Both the position numbers and the translations under genes were made by a program. Below the pieces are notes generated by a model that was given only the letters and a program-made list of their open reading frames with translations, did not search any database and was not told where the DNA came from. A DNA stretch of 62,847 bases, the filler included. It is 4 parts of 4 records of this genome, joined end to end, with 100 filler letters (N's around TTAATTAATTAA, not from the genome) between each part and the next. Parts side by side here need not be neighbours in the genome. Positions count along the whole stretch, not along the records: positions 16,232 to 34,852 come from SRR31156797_16325; 3 more parts are not named here. The stretch is one strand, 5' to 3'. The stretch's first letter is position 1. The number at the start of each line of letters is the position of its first letter. Positions 16,283 to 24,941 of this stretch are shown piece after piece.

Positions 16283-19165
16283 CTAGTATTTTAATAGTTT
16301 ACCTTGTATTGTTTTAACATCGGAAATAACTTTATAAAAGAAAATTCTTTCGGTACTATTTCCTCCGGTTAATTTAAAAGTGTACTCAATACCTGATCCT
16401 AAATAACCTTGATAAATATTTTCTACAATTACGCCTGTCAGATCATACACCTCTATTTTAACATAGCTATCAACTGATGAAGTGACTTGTAATTTTGCTT
16501 CTGTTCTAAACGGATTAGGATAAGCTGAAACTAACAACTGATGATCTGATAATTCCTGTATGGAAGTTGTTATGGAAACATTGGTTGGAATTTGCTGAAT
16601 AAACACATCTGTACTGGCTTTGTAGGCCACTTCAATATACTCAGGGAAATAGTTCTCAATATCCGGATGATCGAAACAAACGGTATAGCTGATGGTAAAA
16701 TTGTCATCGCGACATTTTCCAAAGTTGCTGATATCATCTAATTTAAATCCATATACACCGGTTGTTGGATCTGTCATGTTTTTCTCCACCTTATAATTCT
16801 TAGAGTTCCCTACATCACTGATATAGCCATAATCTAATCCTACTACCAAATGCGACAAGTCATGTTCAGCTTTGCCGTTGGTATATACGGTCATGGAAAT
16901 CTCATAGCAATTATCACCAATAGGTGTAATTTCATCTATCTCGCTGTAAAAGCCATCTTCAAATAAATCATCAGAAATCTCTCCTGAACCATTATCATCT
17001 CCTCCAGAAGTAGAATCATCTGCAGAACATTGAATGGTAATGGTATCTGCAGCAAAGCATCCTTCAGCATTTAAAGCAGTGTAGGCAACAGTTGCAGAAC
17101 CTGTACCTACATAATAGTTTAAAGTATTTAAAGAGCTGGATTCAATATAATAAGTATCATTATCCAGTATTTCCCAGTTAAAAGTATTGGCACCGTAAAC
17201 ATTTGCCTGAATGCTGTTTCCACTTGTTTCACATGCTGGGTTTTCTGGCTGAATTAATTCCACACTTACTTCATTTGCAGTATCAATTGTTATTTCTTCA
17301 GTAATTGTACATCCATTTTCATCTGTCACTTCAACTAAATAATTGCCGGGATTAACATTGTCCCTTTGAGCCCCAAGATAACCATCGCTCCAAAGAAAAA
17401 CATAAGGAGCCAGTCCTCCGCTTCCGGTTAAATCAACGCTTCCGGTTAAGGCACCTCCACAAGCAGGTTGTGCTATACTTGAGCTTACAGAAATATTCTG
17501 GCTTACGCTTGAAATTGAAATGGTCTCTGTCTTTTCACAACCCAACGCATCAGTCATGGTTATGGTATAATCACCAGCTTCTGTGGCAATATAAGGCGAG
17601 CTGATCAATTCTCCATTGAGATAATATTCATAGGAAGGCATACCGCCCGTTCCATTAAAGCTTAGTTCTACATTTGTATCCGGACTATCACAGTCAGCGC
17701 GTGAAATAGATTGGTTTAAATTCAGTTCCTGACGATCAGCCAGGTTAATTGTTCTGGTTGCTTCACATCCATTTACATCAGTAACCGTTACACGATATCT
17801 GCCACTTTCTACTCCGGTAATTGATGAGGAGGTTTCCCCGTTATCCCACAAATAAGTATAAGGTTCCGAACCATATCGTACATCTGTAATGCTCACTGTT
17901 CCGTCATCTCCACCGTAGCAAGTTGGATTGATAACAGCGGTACTTAAAGATAATTTTTTGATACCAACAGCTGTACTATTTTTAGCACTACAACCTTCTG
18001 CATCTACCACAGTTAAAGAATAACTGCCAGAATTTATATCGCTAAGGTTAGCCGTTGTGTCCTGATTAGACCATTCGTAGGAGTAAGGAGCTGTACCTCC
18101 ACTCACTGAACTTTCAATGGTTCCCTGACCTTCCTGATAACATTCAAGAATATTTGGGGTTAAGCTTACTGCTAAATCCGTTTCTTCTTTAAGCTGAATT
18201 GTTTCGTAATGACTACAACCATTACTATCCAGAATCTGCACCGAATAATTACCGGCGTATACATTGGTTAAATTACTTTCCGTGTTTCCATTATTCCAGG
18301 TGTAAGCATATGGCGCTGTTCCTCCGCTTACATTTAAGCTAATGCTTCCATTGTTACTCGCACAACTTGGGTTTACCAATTCTGTTTGAACAGATAAAGA
18401 AGATTCCGGCTGTAATATTTCGGTTTGTAAAGTAACTGTTGCTCCTGATGCATCAGAAATAATAACCTCATATGACCCTACTTTTAAACCGCTTGTATTT
18501 TGAGAATTACTTCCGTTACTCCATTCAAAAGTAAAGGGAGCTGTTCCTCCTTCAATTGTTATCTCAGCAGATCCATTATTTCCGCCAAAGCAGGATACAT
18601 CTTGTTTTTGAATACTAGCTGTAAAATCATTGCTTTCTTCAACAGGAATTTCTATTTCTTCGTAGAATACGCAGGTAGCTGCTTTATAGGCTATTTTAAT
18701 ACTGTCTTTCAAACTCTCAAGGCAATCAGAATCTCCACATACGGTATAAGATAGCGTAAACGATCCGCTTTTTTTATCTTCTCCAAAGCCCTGAATTTCA
18801 TCAATCTTAAAGCCACTTAAGCCTGTTGTTGGATCAGAAGTTGGAATCTCCATAATCCATCCTTCGGAATTAGAAACATTACTTATTTCACCACAAGGAA
18901 CCTCTACTACCATATGCGAAAGAGCATGATGACAGCCTGCTTCGACATTAATTTGTAATTGGATATTTAGGCAACCATCATTTTCATCGAATTGAAGTAA
19001 TTCTGCAGAAAAGTAATTATCGCCACAGTCCCGGGTTGTTTCTTCAGGAACTGAAGCCTTTATTTGTTGTGTTAAGAATGAAAAGACAACTAAACTAACT
19101 ACTGCCATCCATGTACTTTTCTTAAGCTGCTTAAAAAAAGTGCGCTCTATTATCGTATTTTTCAT
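16283..19165 (-). CDS. T9SS-secreted surface protein with SprB repeats, two copies of an unrecognised domain, and a type A CTD
   Basis: Signal peptide; repeated C..G...G.I.....GG..PY.Y.W.NG/..L..G.Y.V...D..GC units; C-terminal AYPNPF..IEVYDLTG..FFYKV..GKLLKY. Confidence 0.85.
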   Translation of the reverse strand: MKNTIIERTFFKQLKKSTWMAVVSLVVFSFLTQQIKASVPEETTRDCGDNYFSAELLQFDENDGCLNIQLQINVEAGCHHALSHMVVEVPCGEISNVSNSEGWIMEIPTSDPTTGLSGFKIDEIQGFGEDKKSGSFTLSYTVCGDSDCLESLKDSIKIAYKAATCVFYEEIEIPVEESNDFTASIQKQDVSCFGGNNGSAEITIEGGTAPFTFEWSNGSNSQNTSGLKVGSYEVIISDASGATVTLQTEILQPESSLSVQTELVNPSCASNNGSISLNVSGGTAPYAYTWNNGNTESNLTNVYAGNYSVQILDSNGCSHYETIQLKEETDLAVSLTPNILECYQEGQGTIESSVSGGTAPYSYEWSNQDTTANLSDINSGSYSLTVVDAEGCSAKNSTAVGIKKLSLSTAVINPTCYGGDDGTVSITDVRYGSEPYTYLWDNGETSSSITGVESGRYRVTVTDVNGCEATRTINLADRQELNLNQSISRADCDSPDTNVELSFNGTGGMPSYEYYLNGELISSPYIATEAGDYTITMTDALGCEKTETISISSVSQNISVSSSIAQPACGGALTGSVDLTGSGGLAPYVFLWSDGYLGAQRDNVNPGNYLVEVTDENGCTITEEITIDTANEVSVELIQPENPACETSGNSIQANVYGANTFNWEILDNDTYYIESSSLNTLNYYVGTGSATVAYTALNAEGCFAADTITIQCSADDSTSGGDDNGSGEISDDLFEDGFYSEIDEITPIGDNCYEISMTVYTNGKAEHDLSHLVVGLDYGYISDVGNSKNYKVEKNMTDPTTGVYGFKLDDISNFGKCRDDNFTISYTVCFDHPDIENYFPEYIEVAYKASTDVFIQQIPTNVSITTSIQELSDHQLLVSAYPNPFRTEAKLQVTSSVDSYVKIEVYDLTGVIVENIYQGYLGSGIEYTFKLTGGNSTERIFFYKVISDVKTIQGKLLKY

Positions 19166-19294
19166 CTTCGTGTTGTGCGTGTGTTGAGGTTGATACGTTT
19201 AGTCAATAAAATAGTTACTTTAATCAGTAAATAAAATCATATTATCAAAGTGTCAATTTAAATTACTGAATAACGCGCTACCCATATATTTTAT

Positions 19295-19302
19295 TATTTT
19301 TG
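19295..19302 (+). promoter_or_regulatory. Bacteroidota -7 promoter element (TAnnTTTG)
   Basis: TATTTTTG about 85 nt upstream of the dCMP deaminase start. Confidence 0.45.
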
Positions 19303-19387
19303 TCTTCGCAAAAAACCACATACATTGATCATAAAGCAATTCTGTTCTTCTTAAAAACGGATTGATCAATAATTATAGAGTTACTTC

Positions 19388-19837
19388 ATGAACGAAAAAG
19401 ATTTACCTGCGGAGAAAAAGCAGTTTTTATTGGATAAGAGATACTTGCGGATGGCGCATATCTGGGCCGAGAATTCGTATTGTATCAGAAGGCAGGTTGG
19501 CGCATTGCTTGTAAAGGATAAAATGATCATCAGTGATGGTTACAATGGAACACCCGCTGGTTTTGAAAACAATTGTGAAGACGAAAACAATATTACAAAA
19601 CCTTATGTTTTACATGCTGAAGCGAATGCCATAACTAAAGTAGCCCGATCGAACAACAGTTCCGAAGGTGCAACGCTATATGTAACCTGTTCTCCATGTA
19701 TTGAGTGTGCTAAACTTATTGTGCAGGCAGGTATTACTAGGGTAGTGTATAACCAAAAATACAGAGTGGAGGATGGAATTATGCTGCTTAAAAGAGCCGA
19801 TATTCAAACGATTCATATAGATTTAGATTCAGAATAA
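19388..19837 (+). CDS. dCMP deaminase (ComEB family)
   Basis: HAEANAI and SPCIEC zinc motifs, GYNG. Confidence 0.93.
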   Translation: MNEKDLPAEKKQFLLDKRYLRMAHIWAENSYCIRRQVGALLVKDKMIISDGYNGTPAGFENNCEDENNITKPYVLHAEANAITKVARSNNSSEGATLYVTCSPCIECAKLIVQAGITRVVYNQKYRVEDGIMLLKRADIQTIHIDLDSE

Positions 19838-19847
19838 AGATTAAGAT

Positions 19848-21455
19848 ATGGGATATAAAAACACAAGAAAACAGATATTTCAACCAATAATATTTGCGCT
19901 GGTACTTATTGTAGGGATTTTTATTGGCTATGCCATTCTACCCATTAAGGCAGGCAAAAAGAATCCTCTGGTTATCTATCCTGAAACCAATAAGATTGAA
20001 GCCATTATTGATCTAATTCAGGAGGAATATGTAGATACAGTGAACACAGAAAAACTACAAGAGGAAATTATTCCTGAAATTCTGAAAAAGCTGGATCCTC
20101 ATACTGTATACATCCCTGCTAAAGATTTACAGAATGTGAACGAAGAATTATCCAGTGGTTTTGGAGGAATTGGTGTTCAGTTTAGTATTCAAAAAGATAC
20201 GGTAATGGTTGTGGCTGTTGTTTCCGGCGGTCCTTCAGAAAAAGTGGGCATTTTACCAGGCGATAGAATTGTATCTGTCAATGATTCTGTGATTGCCGGA
20301 AATGGTATTAAAAACTCAGTGGTACTAAAATTACTGCGCGGAGAAATGGGAACTCAGGTTAAAGTGGGCGTAATCAGAAGAAAACTGACCGAGCCATTAC
20401 AATTTGATATTACCCGTGGCAAAATTCCAATGTATAGTGTAGATGTTTCGTACATGGTCACCGATGAAGTGGGCTATATTAAAGTGAGTCGATTTGCCAT
20501 GAATACTTATGGTGAATTTTTAACGGCTTTGGCTAAATTAAAAGCGAATAGTTGTAAGAAAATAGTTGTTGACTTTAGAGGAAACTCTGGTGGTTATTTA
20601 GATGTAGCCATCAATTTATGTAATGAGTTCTTACACAATGGTGATATGATTGTGTATACCGAGGGCAAAGCTCATCCACGACAGGAAGTATATGCTAACG
20701 GAAAAGGAACTTGTCAGGAAACAGAGATTGCTGTTTTGATCGATGAATTCTCAGCTTCAGCCAGTGAAATCTTTGCCGGAGCTATTCAGGATAATGACAG
20801 GGGAATTGTTGTGGGACGTCGCTCGTTTGGTAAAGGACTGGTTCAAAATCAAATTTCGCTAAAAGACGGTTCTGCCTTGCGTTTAACCATTAGCAGGTAT
20901 TATACACCGTCGGGCAGATGTATTCAAAAGCCTTATGAAAATGGAACTGAAGAGTACTATAAAGATATTGTAGAACGTTATCAGCACGGAGAATTCTTTT
21001 CTCAGGATAGTATCGATGTAAATGATTCTTTACAATACAAAACCAAGGAAGGCAGAATTGTATATGGCGGCGGCGGCATTATGCCGGATCATTTTATACC
21101 AAGAGATACATTGGGCTTAACTAACTATTATTACAAAGTTCGTGAAAACGGTTTAATTTATCGCTTTGCATTAGAGTATACCGATAATAACAGGTCGAGT
21201 CTTGAAAAGTATACCAAGGTTGAATATTTAAAAGCTTATTTAAATAAACAAGCGATTTTAGATGATTTTAATAAGTACACTAAAAAGGAGGGTGTAAAGA
21301 TGAACCGCAAAGAGTATAATATTTCGAAAGATATTATTGATGTAGAATTGAAAGCCTATATTGCCAGAAATATAATTGACAATGAAGGTTTTTACCCAAT
21401 ATTGTCAGAAATTGATGAGGAACTACAAGCTGCGGTTAAGCTGATGACTGAATAA
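19848..21455 (+). CDS. S41-family C-terminal processing protease with PDZ domain
   Basis: LDPH, GIG PDZ motif, DFRGNSGG, SASASEIFAGAIQD, GKGLVQ. Confidence 0.93.
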   Translation: MGYKNTRKQIFQPIIFALVLIVGIFIGYAILPIKAGKKNPLVIYPETNKIEAIIDLIQEEYVDTVNTEKLQEEIIPEILKKLDPHTVYIPAKDLQNVNEELSSGFGGIGVQFSIQKDTVMVVAVVSGGPSEKVGILPGDRIVSVNDSVIAGNGIKNSVVLKLLRGEMGTQVKVGVIRRKLTEPLQFDITRGKIPMYSVDVSYMVTDEVGYIKVSRFAMNTYGEFLTALAKLKANSCKKIVVDFRGNSGGYLDVAINLCNEFLHNGDMIVYTEGKAHPRQEVYANGKGTCQETEIAVLIDEFSASASEIFAGAIQDNDRGIVVGRRSFGKGLVQNQISLKDGSALRLTISRYYTPSGRCIQKPYENGTEEYYKDIVERYQHGEFFSQDSIDVNDSLQYKTKEGRIVYGGGGIMPDHFIPRDTLGLTNYYYKVRENGLIYRFALEYTDNNRSSLEKYTKVEYLKAYLNKQAILDDFNKYTKKEGVKMNRKEYNISKDIIDVELKAYIARNIIDNEGFYPILSEIDEELQAAVKLMTE

Positions 21456-21530
21456 TAAAAAAATATCATACCCCAAAAGCAGTACAATCTTGTGCTGCTT
21501 TTTTTATACCATTGTGTCACCATTATCAAT

Positions 21531-21546
21531 TGGCACAATAAGTGCT
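21531..21546 (+). promoter_or_regulatory. Candidate sigma-54 (-24/-12) promoter
   Basis: TGGCAC-AATAA-GTGCT with exact GG-N10-GC spacing, about 50 nt upstream of ATG 21598. Confidence 0.5.
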
Positions 21547-21597
21547 ATTCTAAGCAAAATAAAAATACATACCTTTACATACAAAGAGGAGGATAGA

Positions 21598-21846
21598 ATG
21601 GGTTTATTACGAACGATTTTAATTATTGCTATTGTCTACTACATAATTCGTTTTCTGGGTCGTGTGGTTTTGCCATGGTTTTTGGGTAAACAAATGAGTA
21701 AAATGACTGGTCAGAACTACCAAAAGAGGGCGAATTTCAATCATAAAGAGAAAGAAGGAAAAGTCACTATTCAGAAAAAACAAGCTACCCAAAAAATGAC
21801 ATCTTCAGACATGGGAGAGTATGTCGATTTTGAAGAAGTTAAATAA
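21598..21846 (+). CDS. Small Bacteroidota membrane protein (DUF4834-like)
   Basis: N-terminal TM segment, KEGKVTI, C-terminal GEYVDFEEVK; ATG after GGAGG. Confidence 0.8.
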   Translation: MGLLRTILIIAIVYYIIRFLGRVVLPWFLGKQMSKMTGQNYQKRANFNHKEKEGKVTIQKKQATQKMTSSDMGEYVDFEEVK

Positions 21847-21931
21847 AGTTAAAACAAATTAGAAGTTTTGTTGTTGGATGTTAATAGCTATTTGATTATA
21901 TTTTGATACAATTTGCTAACAACCAACAAAT

Positions 21932-23365
21932 ATGGATTTTCCTTTATTTCACTTAGACTTTATGGGCAACCGCATGCTGGTTGCTGTTATTGCAATTTTG
22001 CATGTGTTAATCAACCATGCGATAGCGGTAGGTTTTATTCCTTTAATCACTTTACTTGAGTATTTAGGATTCAAATCAAAAGATTTTGATCCTGAAAAAA
22101 GTGAACGCTTGGATAAATTTTCATATAAGCTATTATTTGTTTCTTTTGTTATTACCACTACAGTAGGGGCTTTAACAGGTGTGGGCATATGGTTTGCGGC
22201 TGCGCTTGTTAATCCGGCATCAATTGCCAGTCTTATACGAGTGTTTTACATGGCCTGGTTTACAGAATGGATCATCTTTGTAACTGAGGTATCGCTTATC
22301 ATGATATATTTCTTAACCTGGAAAAGATCTCGAAAAAGCCGTAAAGCAAAAAAACAACATCTCATATTTGGTGCAGCTTTATCAATATTTTCATGGCTAA
22401 CCATGGCTATTATTGTTGCTATCCTCGGCTTTATGATGGATCCGGGAAACTGGAATACAGATAACACATTCTGGTCAGGCGTATTGAATCCGCTTTATAT
22501 GCCTCAGTTAGTATTCAGAACCGGCTTAGCCATGATGATGGGCGGAGTATTTGCCTTGTTCTTATCATCATTCTTTCTTAAAAAAGATGATCCAATTAAA
22601 GTTCCAGCTACCCGCACAATGTCCTTATGGACTTTATTCTGGACTCCAATTGCCGTGCTGGGTGCTTATATCTATTATGTAAAAATCCCAACCTTTATGG
22701 TAGGTAATCTTCCTGTTGCATTGGGGACACAAGCTTATCAGGATTGGTACAACTCTTTAATCTATATTATTATTAGTGGTGTTGGTTTAGCGGTATTGGT
22801 AAGTTTACTTTTACTATGGAAACCCCGAAGTTTTCCGAAAGTGTGGTTATGGATTCCATTGGTTATTCTGTTTGGATTTTTAGGAACATTTGAAAGATTA
22901 CGGGAATTTATTCGTAAACCCTATGTTATTGCGGATTATATGTATGCGAATGGTTTATTAAAAGAAGATTATCCACTGTATAAAAGAGATGGTATTTTAC
23001 CTCATTCATCTTATACGAGCACTCCAAAAGTTACCGAAAGGAATATGTTGGAAGCCGGTAAGAATGTTTTTAACATAGCTTGTACCAGGTGTCACACTAC
23101 CCATGGTTTTAATTCCATTGTGGGTAATTTTGAAAAAATGTACGGCGCCGATAAACCTTTCGACCCGGTAGCTATGAAAGCCTATATACAAGGAATGCAT
23201 AATGTGAAAACATATATGCCTCCGTTCCCTGGAAATGAAAAGGAATTGGATGCTTTGGTCGCTTACATTAAGAAATTACAAATCAATCCAGAAATACTTG
23301 AAGGTGTTCAAATCAATGGAGTACCAACTAACCCTATTGATATTTCAAGCCTTCAGGATAAATAG
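21932..23365 (+). CDS. Cytochrome bd subunit I (CydA)-like membrane protein fused to a C-terminal monoheme cytochrome c
   Basis: About 9 TM segments; HVLINH, GALTGVG, FTEW..F..E, GFMMDPG and REFIRKPY (aligns by eye with EYGRQPW); CTRCH plus MPPF. Confidence 0.8.
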   Translation: MDFPLFHLDFMGNRMLVAVIAILHVLINHAIAVGFIPLITLLEYLGFKSKDFDPEKSERLDKFSYKLLFVSFVITTTVGALTGVGIWFAAALVNPASIASLIRVFYMAWFTEWIIFVTEVSLIMIYFLTWKRSRKSRKAKKQHLIFGAALSIFSWLTMAIIVAILGFMMDPGNWNTDNTFWSGVLNPLYMPQLVFRTGLAMMMGGVFALFLSSFFLKKDDPIKVPATRTMSLWTLFWTPIAVLGAYIYYVKIPTFMVGNLPVALGTQAYQDWYNSLIYIIISGVGLAVLVSLLLLWKPRSFPKVWLWIPLVILFGFLGTFERLREFIRKPYVIADYMYANGLLKEDYPLYKRDGILPHSSYTSTPKVTERNMLEAGKNVFNIACTRCHTTHGFNSIVGNFEKMYGADKPFDPVAMKAYIQGMHNVKTYMPPFPGNEKELDALVAYIKKLQINPEILEGVQINGVPTNPIDISSLQDK

Positions 23366-23416
23366 AAATATATTAGTTAAAATGAATTTCTAACCTCATA
23401 CATAAAAAACTTATAT

Positions 23417-24724
23417 ATGTTAGCTCAATTACAACTAGTACCTAAAGATATACCCTTGGCTCTTCCTCTGCCAGAGAGTGTACTGATAATATTACTTGTT
23501 TTATCTTTTTTACTACATATTTTATTTGTGAACCTTATGGTAGGTGGTTCTATTCTTACTTTATGGTATGAAGTGAAAGGATTAAAAGATAAAAGATATG
23601 ATTCATTGGCATATCAAATAGCACAAACCATAACGGTTAACAAAAGTTTGGCTGTTGTATTAGGTGTTGCTCCATTGTTATCGATCAACGTATTGTATAC
23701 TATTTACTTTTATTCCGCGAATGCATTAACCGGGAAATACTGGATACTGTTAGTGCCTTTGGTTACGTTGGTATTTTTACTTTTATATGCGCATAAATAC
23801 ACCTGGAAAAAACTGGAAAACAATAAGCCCTTGCATATTGCTATGATTGCTTTGGCTGTGGCATTGTTTTTATTTATCCCTTTTATATTTTTAACCAATA
23901 TCAACTTAATGTTATTCCCTGAAAAATGGGGAGATGTAAAAGGATTCTTTTCAGCCTTAGCTTTACCAAATGTTTTACCGCGTTATTTTCATTTTCTGGT
24001 AGCCTCATTAGCTATTACCGGATTGTTCTTGTTTTACTACATTAGTAGAAAGAGTTTTGAGTTTAAAGAGAATTTACCTGATTTAGATAAGTATGACCTT
24101 CAACGTAAATTCTATAGCATTGCATTTGGAACCACTGCATCTCAGTTTATATTTGGCCCCTTACTATTTCTTACACTACCATCAAAGGGAATTGATTGGA
24201 ACTTGTTTTGGGTTATTTCATTAGGTGTATCATTTGCTATACCTGCTTTAATATTTATGTGGAAAGAGGTTACAGGGCCTCAGGAAACAATTGGTAAACA
24301 CTTTATTAAAGTAGTAACTCTTTTAACCATTACAGTCATTTGCATGGGTACCGGTCGACACATATTCAGAGCAAATGCTTTGGAACCTCATCAGAAATTA
24401 ATGGCTGAAAGAACGGCTAGACACATTGAAATGGTAAAGCAGGCTACTCTGGAAGCGGAGATGGGACTTGATGCGCAAGCTGATTTACCTCCTGGTGAAG
24501 CCTTGTTTAAACAATACTGTGCAGTATGCCATAAAATTAACGAGCGATTAGTAGGACCTCCGGTAACTGAAATGATTGAGGTGTATTCTGCAGATTTTGA
24601 TGGTTTTAAAAAATGGGTTCGTAAACCAGGAAGAAAGAGAATGGATTATCCGGCGATGACCGGATTTCCACAACTTACAGATCAGGAATTATCAGATTTA
24701 GCGGATTATATATTTGAGCAATAA
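23417..24724 (+). CDS. Second CydA-like multi-TM protein with C-terminal monoheme cytochrome c
   Basis: About 9 TM segments; LHILFVNL, AVVLGVAP, PRYFHFLVAS; C-terminal CAVCH...GPP...M. Confidence 0.75.
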   Translation: MLAQLQLVPKDIPLALPLPESVLIILLVLSFLLHILFVNLMVGGSILTLWYEVKGLKDKRYDSLAYQIAQTITVNKSLAVVLGVAPLLSINVLYTIYFYSANALTGKYWILLVPLVTLVFLLLYAHKYTWKKLENNKPLHIAMIALAVALFLFIPFIFLTNINLMLFPEKWGDVKGFFSALALPNVLPRYFHFLVASLAITGLFLFYYISRKSFEFKENLPDLDKYDLQRKFYSIAFGTTASQFIFGPLLFLTLPSKGIDWNLFWVISLGVSFAIPALIFMWKEVTGPQETIGKHFIKVVTLLTITVICMGTGRHIFRANALEPHQKLMAERTARHIEMVKQATLEAEMGLDAQADLPPGEALFKQYCAVCHKINERLVGPPVTEMIEVYSADFDGFKKWVRKPGRKRMDYPAMTGFPQLTDQELSDLADYIFEQ

Positions 24725-24760
24725 TTACATTAATAGTTAAATTCAGAGATTTGTTCAAAT

Positions 24761-24790
24761 GTCTTACTCATATGAGTAGGCCTTTTTCTT
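24761..24790 (+). terminator. Intrinsic terminator after the cytochrome pair
   Basis: GTCTTACTCA-TA-TGAGTAGGC followed by CTTTTTCTT. Confidence 0.7.
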
Positions 24791-24941
24791 TATTTATCAT
24801 ATCAGTTTCAATTGATTTTTGTAGATTTCGGTAAATATTTTCATTCATCACATTAAGAGTAAAGCCAAAGCATGAAAAACAACCCTAATCCACTATTATT
24901 CTTTCCTTTGTCTTGTTCTTATCTTTTTATTGAATAATACT

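Noticed and set aside
19324-19370. Imperfect hairpin (ATTGATC...GATCAAT) in the dCMP deaminase leader as a possible riboswitch
   Set aside because: No recognisable aptamer consensus or expression platform; AT-rich inverted repeats arise easily by chance.
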